Below are positions 27,765 to 42,700 of a stretch of 64,000 nt of DNA, in pieces (positions within the stretch are counted from its first letter, which is position 1; each line of letters opens with the position of its first letter). The stretch lies in the NCBI GenBank assembly GCA_044892525.1, contig CM097886.1, positions 37,386,001-37,450,000 of the forward strand. Direction: 5' to 3'. The notes below the pieces were generated by a model. That model did no database searches, had not been told where the DNA came from, and saw only the letters and a program-made list of their open reading frames with translations. Both the position numbers and the translations under genes were made by a program. Origin of the DNA: Schmidtea polychroa. Taxonomy: Eukaryota.

Positions 27765-30700
27765 GTGTGTATAAAAATGATCATTATAAAAATTTCAGCA
27801 TTGAAATTTTTAATTTAGGTCTATATAATCTATACTCGTATTAAAAAGCTATTTCTACATGACTCAAATTCATGTTTTAATTATATTAAAGACATTATAA
27901 TCCTAGAATATTCATCAAAGTTTTTAAAGTTTCATTTTTATTTCTAGTTTTCTTACACAATTCATGTTTTTTTAATAGTTAGGAGATCCAACAATTAATC
28001 TTCTTGAATTATGGGGTGCTGAATATCAAGAATCGAACGGTCTTTTAATTGATGAAAGACATTTAGATCAATTTAAAAAAATTTGTGATCGGGAAAGATG
28101 CCCAATAAATGTAGTTGGTAAAGTGACTGGTGATGGAAATATTCGTCTTATAAATTCTGTGGCACTAGAAGAGGAACTTGATCCATCTATTCCATACATA
28201 GTTGATCTGGATTTACGTGTGGTTCTTGGCAAAATGCCCAAGAAAATTTTTTATTTAAAGCACGTGGAGAAGATTTTATCTCCTCTTAAATTACCTTTAA
28301 ATCTTCAAGTAAGTTTATGAATTTTTAATTTAATCATCCTCAAAACTTTTTTTACAATGCACACAGTAAATTCAAATTTGCAGGTGTTTGTTAAAATAAA
28401 TATTCTGATTTTACACCATATCGGCTAAGTCACTGTTGAAATATATCGTTAAATTGTGTAAATTTTACTTATTGGTGTAAAAGTCTTGGTTGGCCTTGTC
28501 CCTATGTACTCGATGTTGGCTACGTCACTGATTTCTGTTGGTTTAATCCAAAATATTCAATTTACTAGTTTATTTTAGTCTCAAATTATGCAAATTTTGA
28601 TATTATCAATTTTCTGAGGTCTTTTGATCTTTCTGAATTATCAAGTTTTACTGTATGGTTAAATAATAAATCAATATAATTTTCTTTGTGACATATCGAA
28701 TTGCTAAGGGTATTACAGGGGTCATCCTCTGACCATTAGTTATACTGGGTTCTCTGAGTAGTGACTTTACTGCATTATTTAGTACATTAACATACAATCC
28801 ATATACAATCTAGAATACATATGTAAATTCAAATTACAAAGATTCGAGTGCAAAGCAATTAAAATTCAAAAAAACAGATTTTGAGCACAACACTTAATTA
28901 AAATCTTGTTTAAATGCAAGATTTAGAAAAATAATTACCATTTTTGGTGGAAATCAAATTTCAAAAAGACCCACAATAAATATTGAAAGGGTAGAATTCA
29001 CGTTTAAGTTAAAATTGAATATTGCTAATAAACATTTAAATTGTATTTATCAGATTACATAAATTTTTATAGAAATATTTAAATTAATAAATTAAAGTAA
29101 GTTTAAAATATAAAAATATATTAAATATTAAACTAAATGACACAAAAACATTAAAGCTTGAAATTTTATGTTTTTAAATCAAAATCTCAAATATTTTGCC
29201 AGTACACAAATACCCTTAAAACAATCCTACTATCAATAATCATGAAGTCAGATCATTTTATTTTACAGAATTTATTTTCTGTCGCTCACCTATTTTATAA
29301 CCAACATATTTTACTGAAAAATTCAGACATTCTTGCGAGGTCTTTTAAATAATGTATATTAAGTTATTATTGTATGTTGAAATCCTTATTTATTCATTAA
29401 TTATGATTCCAGAAAAACTAGTAATTAACAATTTGTTTAAATTTTATTATGATAAATGAACATTATTTGAATTAAGTTTATTTGATGGATTTTATAAATA
29501 CAAAAAGTGTTGTGTCTAATATGGAGACTACTATTGCAAATTTCATCAAACCGCCGGAAACATGACATAATACATGTGTATTTTGTTTTGAAAACAACAA
29601 ATATTGTTGAAGATTAGAGAAGCAAATTTGTCAAAGCCTTTCTTTAAATAAATGATACCAAGAAATATGATTACCTCTCTCGGTGATATCTTCATCTTTT
29701 CAAAATCATTAGATGAACACTAATATTATTTAAAAAGTTTCAAAAAATTAAGTTAGTACATCTTAAAATGTCATTTTACTACAAAAGAAGTAAAGTTTCT
29801 AGACCATATAATCATAAAAAAATACATTACATATGGACGAGATCATAACAGAAACAATTTAAAGTTTTAAACGACCGAATGTCTTCAAAAGTTTGAGGCG
29901 GTAATTCGCCCTAGAAGATCACTATTGCTGATTTATTGAATGATTATTAAGTATTAAACGCATAATGTGGAAGTAAACAAATGAAAATGATAAACAGATA
30001 ATTCTAAAATTTCATTTCGAAATTTAAAACTAAAATTGACATCTTTTTTTTATTAAAGTTTCCTGAGTTTGCTACATCTTTGATATTGAATACATATGCA
30101 AGCTTCATTTATATTATCGTGTATTTTCTCAAAAGAAAGAAATCAAGAAAAACGCATGAATAAACACGAATTAAGCTACTGTAAATAGTCATTATCTACA
30201 TTTTATTTTATGTATATGGTAAAAGGTTTATTATGAAGTGAATTCACTTGAAAAAGGCAGTGCCGAAAATTCGTGAGTATCAAAAAACATCGATATATTA
30301 CTGATTTATAGTCTTCAAGCTCTCTTCTTAATAAATTCAATGGAAAAAATGATCAGTAGTGAAATTGGAAAAAGGTTTTTATTAGGGTTGCCAACTGTAC
30401 GATTTTGAAGCGTAACCTACGCTTTTCGTGCAAAAAACAAACATGTATACGTTATACGCACGCTTTTCATAGATATACGAAAAAATGCGCTTTTAGCTTG
30501 CTGGGATAAAAATATCGTCAATTTTTGGTTCGATGGTGTAAAAAAAATTGCTTTCCAAATTGAAACGGCAGAATGTTTTCCAAATTCATATTTAAATTTT
30601 ATTAATTTATTTAATTTTTATTAATTATTAATTTTGTTTAAGTTTTATTAATTGTTGATTATTATTGCTCTCTATAACCTGTAAGTAAATTTATAATTCG

Positions 30701-33700
30701 AATTTCGAAAAGTAATTTTTAGGACAAAATGAAAATGGGTTGAACAACGAAGTTTCTTTGCCAGAATTGTACATTTATTTTGTACATAATTTGATGAATC
30801 TTTTCCAAAAGGAAATAAAAATAGTAGAAAGTAACTACATTCAAGCACCTCAGGTTTATCGTATTTTCGATGATTTAAGAAAGGAATTAATCTGTCGTAG
30901 AGACAAGCTGTTTTTTGAATTTAAAGTTCACCAAAATATACGACACTTAAGCACATCAGAAAGGAATAAACTAAATACAGAAGGAGTAGAAATTTACAAT
31001 AAAATGCTAACATATTTAAGTAAATGGTTCGATTTTAGCACAGATTCCTTTCTTAATATTTGTAGTTCATTCAACTTGGATGAACAACTATCACTGGAAC
31101 AAGTATCCAAAGTAGCAACTCTGTTCGGAGTAGAATTTGATGGCGATAAACTTTTTTCTGAAGTGCGAATTTTAAATGAAACTATTCCAATATTAACTGG
31201 TACTTGCGTTGAAAAATGGATACAATATTTTAAAATTAACAAAGATTCTTCAATATTGCTTAAACTGTGCAAATATTTATTTGCTGTTCCACTAAACAAT
31301 TGTTACGTTGAACGTATATTTAGCGTAATGGGAAATATTTGAACAAACGAGCGAAATAGACTCCAAACAGATATGGTCAAAGCAGAATTATTAATCAATT
31401 TCAATTTTGGGATTACATGCAGTGAATTTGCTACTTTTATAAAAAAAACACAGATTTAAATAAAAAATTAATCGAGGCAGCTAAATCCACGAAAAAATAT
31501 AAATTTAAAACTAAAAATTAAAAATTATTTCAGTATTTTAGTATGTTTATTTACCTACATTTATAAAAAATATTTGTTTGTTTTTTTATAATAAGAGTTT
31601 TGTTATTTTATCTCAATTTTTATTTATTGCAATTATTTGTCATTTTTGTTACTATATGGTTAAAAGAAATTTGAATGCGCTTTTGGTCGAATCAAAAGTT
31701 GGCAACCCTAGTTTTTATGATATATATGAGAAATTTATATTTCTTTAAACCTTCTTGAAAAATGAATTATTTTTTTTGTTTAGTAAATCGAATAGAGAAA
31801 TTTGCTAAATTTTCAAATACCTCGAAACAATTCATATTATTGAGAATGATATTTAGAAGCAAAGATTTTGCATGTGTTCTCATCTTTAAATATTAATTAT
31901 TTAAAATATCTTTCATTTTTAATTTCATTGTATGAAATAGGTTGAAGATGCTCTTTCACGTGTTTTAAGATTGCCATCAGTTGGAAGTAAACGGTTTTTG
32001 ACAAATAAAGTAGATAGATCTGTTACTGGATTGATTGCTCAACAGCAGTGTGTCGGACCACTTCATACTCCTCTTGCTGACGTAGCGATTGTTGCTTTGT
32101 CATATTTTGATATTGTCGGTGCTGCTACTGCTATAGGAGAGCAACCTATCAAAGTAAAGAATAAAATATTTCTCATTCTTAAACATACAACTATATAGAT
32201 GTTAATAAATGTGAAAGAAGGTGCAAAGTTGTGTGTTATCGAAGCCTTAACTAATTTATGCATGATTCCCATTACGTCATTTGAAGACATTAAGGTTAGT
32301 GGTAATTGGATGTGGCCTGCTAAATTACCAGGAGAAGGTGCTGCTTTATGGGATGCCTGTAATGCATTTTGCAGCTTGCTCAAGGATCTTAAAATAGCAA
32401 TTGATGGCGGTAAAGATTCTTTGAGTATGGCAGCCACAATCAACGATAATACCGTGGTAAAGTCTCCAGGCTCCCTAGTAGTATCTGCATATGTTTGTTG
32501 TCCAGATATCCGACTTGCTGTAACTCCTGATTTAAAAGGAGATGGGTCATTAATATGGATACGGGTGAATAATAAATGATGTATTTGTATTACTTTTATA
32601 TAGATGAATAATCAATATCGCCTTGGAGGAAGCGCATTGGCTCAGGTTTATTGTCAATTAGGAGACAAATGTCCTGAATTTAATAATGTGGAATTATTTA
32701 AAAAGTCATGGAACTGTTTACAGAAAATATTTACGGAAAAGTTGGCGTCAGCAGCTCATGATATCAGTGATGGTGGATTAATCGGATGTATCCTGGAAAT
32801 GGCATTTGCAGGTTTATTTAATTTATTTTCATTTTATTATAAAATACTAAAACAAATTAAGTCCAGAATTTTTAGACTGATAATTAAAAAAATTATTTAA
32901 TTACTTTTAGGCAATGTTGGAATTGATGTAAAAATTAATGCATCTATATCTGATAATGATATCCACAGTTACACTGCAGAAATTTCAATTTTGTTTAATG
33001 AAGAAACCGGGTGGATTATTGAAGTTCCTAAAAATTATTTATCTAGTGTAATCAAAGATTTGGAATCAAACGAATTATTATTTTCTATTATCGGACATTC
33101 ATGTAAACGGTATGAAGTAACTCCGACAGTTTCTTTAACGGTGAATGAATTAAATATATTTACCAATTTTAAAGTAAGTTTTAAACGCCTTGTGTAAGAT
33201 ATATTTATAAATATTAATAAATTGGGATATTTATGGTATAGGGTTTTTAGTTTAAATAGATTTTTTTTTAATTGATGAGTGTTTTTTTTTAATTTATGAA
33301 TATTTTTTTTTAATTGATGAATATTTATAAAAATATTTATTTTGAATTCATTTTTGTAAACACGAGTAAAATGTATATTAACGATAAACCAACAAGATTC
33401 GGTAAATAAATAAAGTTAAAATGAAAATATTTATTCCTCGAATACATTTATACCACCCAAACATTTTATAATATTGTTTGTAACATGCCTCACATAATTT
33501 TCGCATTGTTCTACCGTTAGGATGTTTTTAAAATCATCGATAATTCTCAAAAGCTCGACATCAGTATTTAGTTTTCGTGATCTTACAATACCTTTCCATT
33601 GAGAAAACATGAATTCAATGGGATTGAAAAATGGACTATAGGGTGGTAGAAACTTGTTTTGGTGTCCTTTCGATTCAATAAAGGTTGAAATTTCACTACA

Positions 33701-36700
33701 CTTATGAAATGAGACATTATCCATAACTATTGTCACATTCGTTAAGTTTTCAAAAGTTAAAATTTCACATAGTGTTTCCCTGAATTTCAAACAAGAAACT
33801 CGATTTCCAGCTGTATTTAAAGCTGCATAATGGATTAGCCCGCCTTTCCACATACAAGCCATAACGGTTTTATTTCCTGATTTGATTCCTGGAGCTATCT
33901 CAATGGCCTTCTTCCCTTTTTTTGATCTTCCATAATGTTTCCTTCATTTACTTTCTCGAGGAACCAGCTACTGTATGTTCTTCGTTCTGCAACCAATGTC
34001 TCTGTAATTGCTGCATTTGAAATCTTTGAAATTCTCTTAATTGAAAAATTAAAACTTTCAATATAACTCGATATTGTTGCCTCGCATACCGACACTGCAA
34101 ACCTCTCGAATACTTTTAACTTGATTTCATTTAGGGTTAAACTGCAATTCTCAAGCAACAAATCTTTTATAAACGTTGTTTTCCACAGATAACTTTTTTG
34201 GTTTCCTTCCGCCTACCTTTAATTTTTCAACTTTGCCCGTTTTGCAAAAATCCCCATATATCTTCACTACACTCGAATATGACACATTAAATGTCTTGGC
34301 TACCGAAGTACGAGTAAGATTCCCACCTTCTAACACTTGAATTATATCAAGACGTTTTTCATCTGAGATATTTTTGGACCTTCTGTCCGGTATACAAGTT
34401 GGTTGGTCCATAAAGGGTTCACAGAAAAACATTCATTAATTAAAATAAAACATTCATTAATTAAAATAAAATATTCATCAATTAAAAAAAAATATTCATT
34501 AATTAAAAAATTATGTTCATTAATTAAAATTATGTTGAAATTGAATGATAAAATTGCTCAGAATATTATTCATATTTAATTAACTTCTCCACATATATTA
34601 TTTGGAAATTGTTTTGTTTCTGACACATTGTATTAATCATAATTGAAAAACATTGCAATTTTATTGATTTTTAATTCGATATTGGTCTAAAAAATGTAAA
34701 ATTAGTATAAAACAGGAATGGTTAGATTTTTTAAGATTATTAATTCTAACGACGATTATAAACTTATATTTTTATATTTGTTAATATTTCTTTATAACAG
34801 AAACCTTTTGTGCGGTGTTTTCAGCTGAGAATTAAATGATAAATAATGGAGTATTAAAATAACTTTTAAAATAATTTTTAAATTGAATTTTTTAAATTGA
34901 AAAATTGAAAAATTAAAAAAAGCTTTTTAAAAGAAGTTTTATTAGTAAAAATTTTTAAATAAATATATTTTAAATATCGAAATTTTAATAAATGGGTTTG
35001 AAAATATTTTATTCAACGCTGAAAACTTGTTTGAAAATTATACAATTTTTCATTTAAATAAATACTTGGAATTATGACGTTAACTTTTGAACCGGATTTA
35101 AAAAATAATTTAGAAGATGTTCTAGCTTCTTCTAATACCTTTAAAATTAGTTTATCATTGATTGAATAAAAATTTTATTTCTAATTTCTTGTTTTAATGA
35201 CAGTTAATCAATTAAGTTTATTTGAGTTTAGATTGAATTGATCAAGTGTGATCAAAAAAGAATGGAAAGAATAAATGCTATCATTATAGTTATTTAACTT
35301 AGACTATTGTCATCATTCAGAAACCCTTATTCTCGATATGTGGTGTAAATTTAAATTAAATATTTCCTAATAAAGAAAATAAATTTCAGATTGATAATAT
35401 AAGTTATTCCGACATTTTTTACTCATCTTTTTCTCGAATGTTGCTTTTAATTAATGTATAATGGATAACTTTTTATAATATATTTTTATTTTTTGTAAAA
35501 ATATTGTTTTTTTGCTTTTGTCCAATTTTTTTACAACATATAATTTTTCAAAAAGTTAAGTTTCAATGTTATAATTTTAAACGGCAATTCCTATCAAAGT
35601 TTTTGGACAAAATTTCAAAATCAAAATGACTGGTTTTAATTTAGAATAAATTTTCTTTGATTTTGACTGATTGGTATTATTGCACCAGTCAAAATTAGTA
35701 TAGAAATCAATGTCAATAGAAATATATGGTTTTTTACTAATATGTACTTTAACAATGAAGTCTTAAGTTTCTGAATAGGTAGTTGATATTTTTCCTATAT
35801 TAATTATACTTTATTCATAATTGCAACTCTAATGTATATTATTAAATTAGTTAGGCGAATTTCGTACTATGTGGGAAGATACAAGCTACCATCTTGAAAA
35901 ATTACAATGTAATGTAGAATGTGTTAATAAAGAATATCAGTTTTACGGAAACCCTAACATTACATCAAATCCATTTGTAATTAACGATTCTTGGTCACAA
36001 CCATATAACAAAATCACTTCAAAAGTTTTCCGTGTAGCTATTTTGCGCGAAGAAGGAAGTAACGGTGATCGTGAAATGGCTGCTGCTTTTATAAAAGCTG
36101 GATTTGAATCTTGGGATGTTACAATGCAAGTTGGTTATCTACAAAGATTAACATTGTCTTCACTTCGTCTTTAGGATTTATTATCTGATTTAATTACTCT
36201 TGATGAATTCAATGGACTAATATTTGTTGGTGGCTTCAGTTATGGTGACGTTCTTGGTTCTGCCAAGGGCTGGGCAGCTTCAATTAAATATAATGAGAAG
36301 ATAAGAAAAAAATTTCAAAATTTCAAAAACCGAAATGACACATTTTCGTTGGGAGTTTGCAACGGTTGTCAATTAATGACCTGGCTTGGTTAGTTTAATA
36401 ATAATAAAATATCTGGATAATAGCGAAATAAAGGAAATTATATATTACTAGCTGTTGTACCCGGCTTCGCCCGAGTTTACATTTATTTAAATAATTCATT
36501 TAAATTAATTTTTTGTTTAATGATGTTTAATTCACAATAAGAAAAGCTTTCAAACTAAATTTCAATTTGTAAAATCGAAAATGCACTCCAATTTAAATCG
36601 AAAAATAACTGGCAATATTTTTCCAATTGCAAACTGGTTCACTAATCAAATAAAATTCAAATTCTCCACGCTTGAATTCTGCTTTGAAAACTTTTGACTA

Positions 36701-39700
36701 AATTATATTACTTTCAACTGCAAGTAGGAAGCCTATAATAAATTATTATTTGTATGGTAAATTGCTGACCGGACAGACAAAAAAAATCGACTAAGAGTAC
36801 CCTAGGGGTGGTCACCTGGGGTGAAACATAGCCTATGACCTGTACCTAGTCAAATGAGGGTCACATGCAAAATTTCAGCACCCTAGGTCCAATGGTGGGG
36901 AATTCTATAGAAAACAAACAAACTTTCATCTTTATATATTAGATTACTAAAATTCAATTGTTAAATTATACAAAAAAATAATTTATTTCTTTATTTTTAT
37001 AATTAATATTGATCCATTTTTAAGTTTCTTTATTTCATTTTATTTTTCTTTACAAAATATTGTTTTTATGTTAATTTTCTAAAATTATCATTTTTATTTT
37101 TTGGAAATCATGGTTTTGATGTTTAAATCAACCAATTTAATTAATTGGTCGAAGAGCAAAATGATTTTGTTAAAAGATTTTTGGAATTTATATCTATTTT
37201 CAATAATGAATGATGCCACAGTTCAGATTGAAATAAAGGTGTTAGATTGTGTGGACCGCGTGTTGATTGTATCCATTTAATTTAACTAAAAAGTCAGTAT
37301 TCAAAAATTTATTATTATTTACAAGATTCAAAATTTACGCCAACAATATCTTGAGCAAGAAAACATCAGACACTTCATTCTACAATCATTCTATTCATTT
37401 AAATTATATAAATATATTATAATTATATTTACATTTAAATTGTTAATATGTTATTTAGAATCATTATTTACATACCATACTAATTAAATTATAAATTAAT
37501 TTATATGCAATATTTAAATTAGTTAATTAATTAAGTTAAATAATGTCCCTCGTTTTACTTATTCCTTACAAAACGAATGCACGATAATGGAAAAAAAGAG
37601 AGAACTGTTGAGACGAATTTACTATTTGACGATCCGATTGATAAAACAAATCATGATGATGAGAACTTGAATGTTAATAGCTCAAAACAAAGGAAAAAGA
37701 AAGAATTTAGAAGTGGAAACAGTGAGTTTAGATGAAGATTGTAGTTTTCCTTATTCATTATGAAAAGTCAACTTATTCTGAAATATATGAAATTTCTACC
37801 CAGTTAGCTCAAACAAGAAAGACTAGTAAAAAGGTCTAAATGTGAAAATATTATTAAACCTTATCAATAAGCTGTTTATACTTTAAATAATTCAATAAGT
37901 CAACTAATACAGAGCCTGAAAATCAGAGCAAACCAGCATTTGGCTAAAGCTAGGGACAAGAAGAAACTGAGCTTAGGATAATCAGAAAGTTAGGGAAACG
38001 AACGGATAGAGTTAGGAAATAATTGAGACGTGAGAAGAAAATTGAATTGGAAGCGGACCAGATCAAATAGGAAAAGTTTGATTATGATTATTTTATATCT
38101 GCTGTTGACACTGTCAAAAAAATTTTTAAAAATCTCTCTAAAATTTTTTACTACTAAGATGTTATTAGTATTCTCTAACTTTGAAAATAACCAAGTAATT
38201 TTGATTAGTTGGGAAATAGCAATTCCATTATTTCAGAGTTTTCAATATTTTTATTTGGTTGTTTTGTGAATTCCAATTTATTTAATAACCAAATTTCGAA
38301 ACCTTTATTAAAACTAAAATGAATATTTGATAAATCACATTTTCATTCTTATAACTACTATTTAAATCATTTTCAAATAAATGTTTTTGATTTGAAGCCC
38401 AATAATATGAAAAAATTAATTTTAACAATGTTTAAAAATTATTTTAATGATAATTGTTCTGATTAATAAAATATAATGAATTTTGTTTGATCACTAACGC
38501 AGTACTGACTTAAACATCGCGCATGACAATATTTGACAATTTTCCAGCGAATTTTTTCGAATGTTTATTTATCATTTTTAATTATTTCTATGAAAATATA
38601 ATTGAAAACTATTTCAATTAGTCATCTATTTTAGGTTGGCTTAATGATTCAAATGGTTTGGATAACTGTGAAATGAAGCGAGATGTTACTTTGTCATACA
38701 ATGATTCAAACCGATTTGAATCTAGATTCAACATTGTTTCGATTCCAAAAAATACTACATCGATGATGCTTTCAAGATTGCTCGGTTCCCGTTTAGGAGT
38801 TTGGGTTGCTCACGGTGAAGGCAAATTCGAATTTAACAATAAGGTAATATAATTTCTTATAAAAATATTTTTTAAAATTTCAATCATTTTATATAAATCA
38901 GGGACTATAAATTTATTAGCTGTGGTCTTTGTAATCTTGACTTGTTTTCCTAAGTTTATATGGTTTTCATTCTACACTTTAAGTTAGGTGTTCGTTTACA
39001 TTAAAGAAATCAGTTTTGACATTCGTATGATTCATCACAGATACAAGCTTAAAATGAATTTTTTTAATGGATATACTGATGCTAAATGAACCTTGAAATT
39101 CCAAGAAAAAATAAAAAATTCCACGGCCAAAGTGAAGAATTTTACAGATTTCCGCAACAGTAAGCGGAATTTCGTAACATCACCAAACGAATGACAAAGA
39201 TTGGCTTTAATTTTATTTATTTGTTCTGAAACATTGTTTATTTGTGTTTAAACGCTTTATTTTAATAAATGAATTGAAATTTAAGCGAAAAATGCATGTC
39301 ATTTAATATACAAATGTCAGAGCAGTGGCTCTTAAACTTTTTATGGACTATGCGTTAAAAATCTGAAATCTGCGGACCACCAAATAAAATTACGACTTTA
39401 TTAATAGTGGAATAACAAATTCCCAAAGATTTAATTTCTTCAATTTTAAACACAATTTAACATAAAACAAATTCTGGATCATGAAAAAAAATGACCCGTA
39501 AATAGATCATGTAAAAAAAATATAAATTTTAAACCATATTAAAATTGTTATTCAATTGCTACCTATAATGTTAATCATTTTCAAATATGAATCATCTTTA
39601 AACATATCCAAGAACACAAATTCTAGGAAAAAATTTATCCTTCCTTCTTCATTTAAACCTTTCATTTCTTTGATTTTAAGTTTCAACTTGTTGTTATAAC

Positions 39701-42700
39701 TTTCAACATATTGAGTATGGACGGGTGAAAATGGACAAACAAAATGATGGCTTTTAACTTTGTGGTTGAGCATCACTTCATCGCATTGCACCAAAGTTCC
39801 CGGCCCGCCTAATCTATTGGAAATTGCAAGTAATACATTTCAATTTTTTTAATAAATAATTTTCATATTTTCCCCAAGGTTGGTCTTGACACATTAACAA
39901 ATCTACAAATTTCCGCTTGGTTAAGGCCTTGTGACCAATAACATCAAAATTTTTAAAACTATTTTAAAGATACTGTTAATGTTTCTAAACAACTTACTTT
40001 ACGCAAGTTGAGGCCACTCATGACCAATTCATTTATCTTTACTATTTTTTAAAAGCATGCCAAGGTTACGTGTTTTACAAACTACAACTTCGTTTATCCA
40101 CTTGTTGATGAAAAGCCATGTAAAGAGTTGCTCATTTGTCATGATAGTAATCTTTTCAATTTCATTTTCAAAATTCATGGATTATCTAAATTAATTAATT
40201 ATTTAATTGAATTAAATAACATGTAAAAAATGACCTTGATTCATGATCCAAAATTTTACATTACACTAACTTAGAATAAAAATTAAACATGAAAATTTTA
40301 TTCAAATTTAAATTATTTCATCGCTAGTTGTTGATCTCGGTTTTACGGGTGGAAAGTTTCGTGTTTCTAAAGCATCTCATTTTGAGAGATGACTTTCGAA
40401 AGATTTTAAGAATCTTTCTAACTTTTCTAATAATTGTTCCTGTGATATCCAAAAATTCTACATTATCAAATGGATCTATCTGCAGTTCGTCATCGGCAGA
40501 ACAGGAACTCAAATCTTAGTCCGAATCTTGGTCATAATGGTTATCTTCTTCTATTTCATCTTCAGATGTATCCAAATTTCTTTTTATAAATAACATTCAC
40601 TATAGAAATTTTAATTGCAAAACATTAAATTTTTTAGCAAGGTAAAGATCTACCAACCTTCTGCATCATAGATGCGCCGTCAGTCCCATTTCTAATCCGA
40701 CAGCCTACTATTCTCTGGAATCTGAAGACGAAGAATCATATTATGCTAGAGCTTTATCACCTGAACTCTCAACACCAGAATTTCTGATATAGCCTCACTA
40801 GACCCACACAAGATTACATAGAATGAATTAAGTGATCTGATCAGAAACTTGGATTTGTCAAAAAGCAAAGCAGAAATTTTGGCCTCTAGACTACAGCAAT
40901 GGGATATACTGCAGGAGAATGTAAAAAATTCAGTATATCATGACCGCCACGGGGACTTAACTCTGTTCTTCGAAATGAAAAATAACAAACCTGAAGAATG
41001 GAGAATCTTTATTGACGCTTCAAAGCTAAGTTTAAAAACAGTTATATTACATAATGGGAATGAACTACCATCAATTCCTGTTGGATATGCTGTTATGCTG
41101 GAGTCTTATGTCAACATGCAATTTCTGCTTGACTTTATTAACTACAATGGCCACCAGTAGCTGATCTATGGAGATCTAACAGTAATTGCCATCTTACTGG
41201 GAATGCAACTGAGACTCACCAAATTTTGCTGCTTTTTATGTGAGTGGGATAGTAGAGCACGGTCTGAACACTATAAAACAAAATTATGGTCCTCATGGAA
41301 GTCTCCGGATCTAGGAACTAAAAGTATGCAGCACAGCCTACTAGTGGACCCAAGAAGGTTTTGTTACCACCATTACATATAAAGTTGGTACTTTTAAAGA
41401 ATTTTCAAAGGCAATGAATCGAGATGGTGAGGCTTTCGAGTACCTCAAAGAAAAATTTCCAAGACTGAGTGTGGTCAAAATAAAAGGTGTGTTTATTGGT
41501 CCACAGATACGTGAGCTTCTGAAAGATGAACATTTTGACCAGATCCTCTGTCGTTTTGAGAATGCCTCGGAATCATTCAAACTTCTGGCTGGTAAGTTTT
41601 TGGGAAACAAAAAAGCAGATGACTATAAAAAACGTGTGACGAGATTTCTCTTAACATACCAAAAATTAGGCTGCAACATGTTATTGAAGATTCACTTCCC
41701 GTACTCTCATTTCAATTTCTTCCATGGTAACTGTGGTGCAATTAGCGATGAACATTGTGAACGTTTCCATCAGAACATATTGACGATGGAAAATAAATAT
41801 TGATGAAAATGGAGTCCTGTCATGCTAGCAGGGTACTGCTGGAATATTTTGAGAGATGCCCTAGATGTAGAGTACAAGTGACAGGCAAAAAAGAACGGTC
41901 TGATGCAGAGGAATTATGTTTCAGTCAAATAAATAAATATATGTATATAATTTAGAAAATTTCTAGTAATGTTCTGTCAGAATAATGTCAATTTAGGTTT
42001 CGAATTTAGCGAAATATAATAAAAACAATTTTTGACAATATTTTCAATACTAGAGCTAATTTATCTTATAATCTTTTTGTAGTCACAGCATTGTTATACA
42101 TAGAAAAAAAGCATGAAAATCAAAGATACAAAAAAAATTTTTAATTTGTTAATTATCGTTTCCCAACTTATTTCTAAGTGAAGTAAAATCCGAAAAATCC
42201 GAAATTCAATACTTTGTCTTTTTGTAGTCTTGTTAGCGTTTCTAAGTCGATATCATTAGCTTGTTTTAGAAATTTAACTTGAGTTTCCTGTATTAGTTGA
42301 ATCGATTGGCTTTTGAATCATCGTTAAATTTTTCTGTTGACATTTTTTTTACATTAATTGAAGATGCGACCGATTCTTTGTGATGTTTATTTGCGGGTGC
42401 TCATTTCATCATTATGAACATCAATTATTTTTAGTCAATCTTGTGTAGGTGCTGCTGATTTCGCACCACTTCTATATCAAAATGATTGAAATCGTAGAAA
42501 TGTCTATATTTAAAATATAATTTTTTTGGTCCTGGTTCTGGGTTCTGCATCAATTATTCTCTTTTCTATTATCTGTCAATGGTGTTGCCAGCATGTCTCA
42601 AACTGTTCTTATTATTCGTTCAGCTAAACCATTTGATTGATGTTGGCATGGTGAACTGAATTCTTGTTTTATGCCAAATTTTTTCATCCAATCACGAAAC

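Noticed and set aside
39323-39400. CAGTGGCTCTTAAAC hAT-like terminus
   Set aside because: No partner end or TSD found; at most a solo fragment
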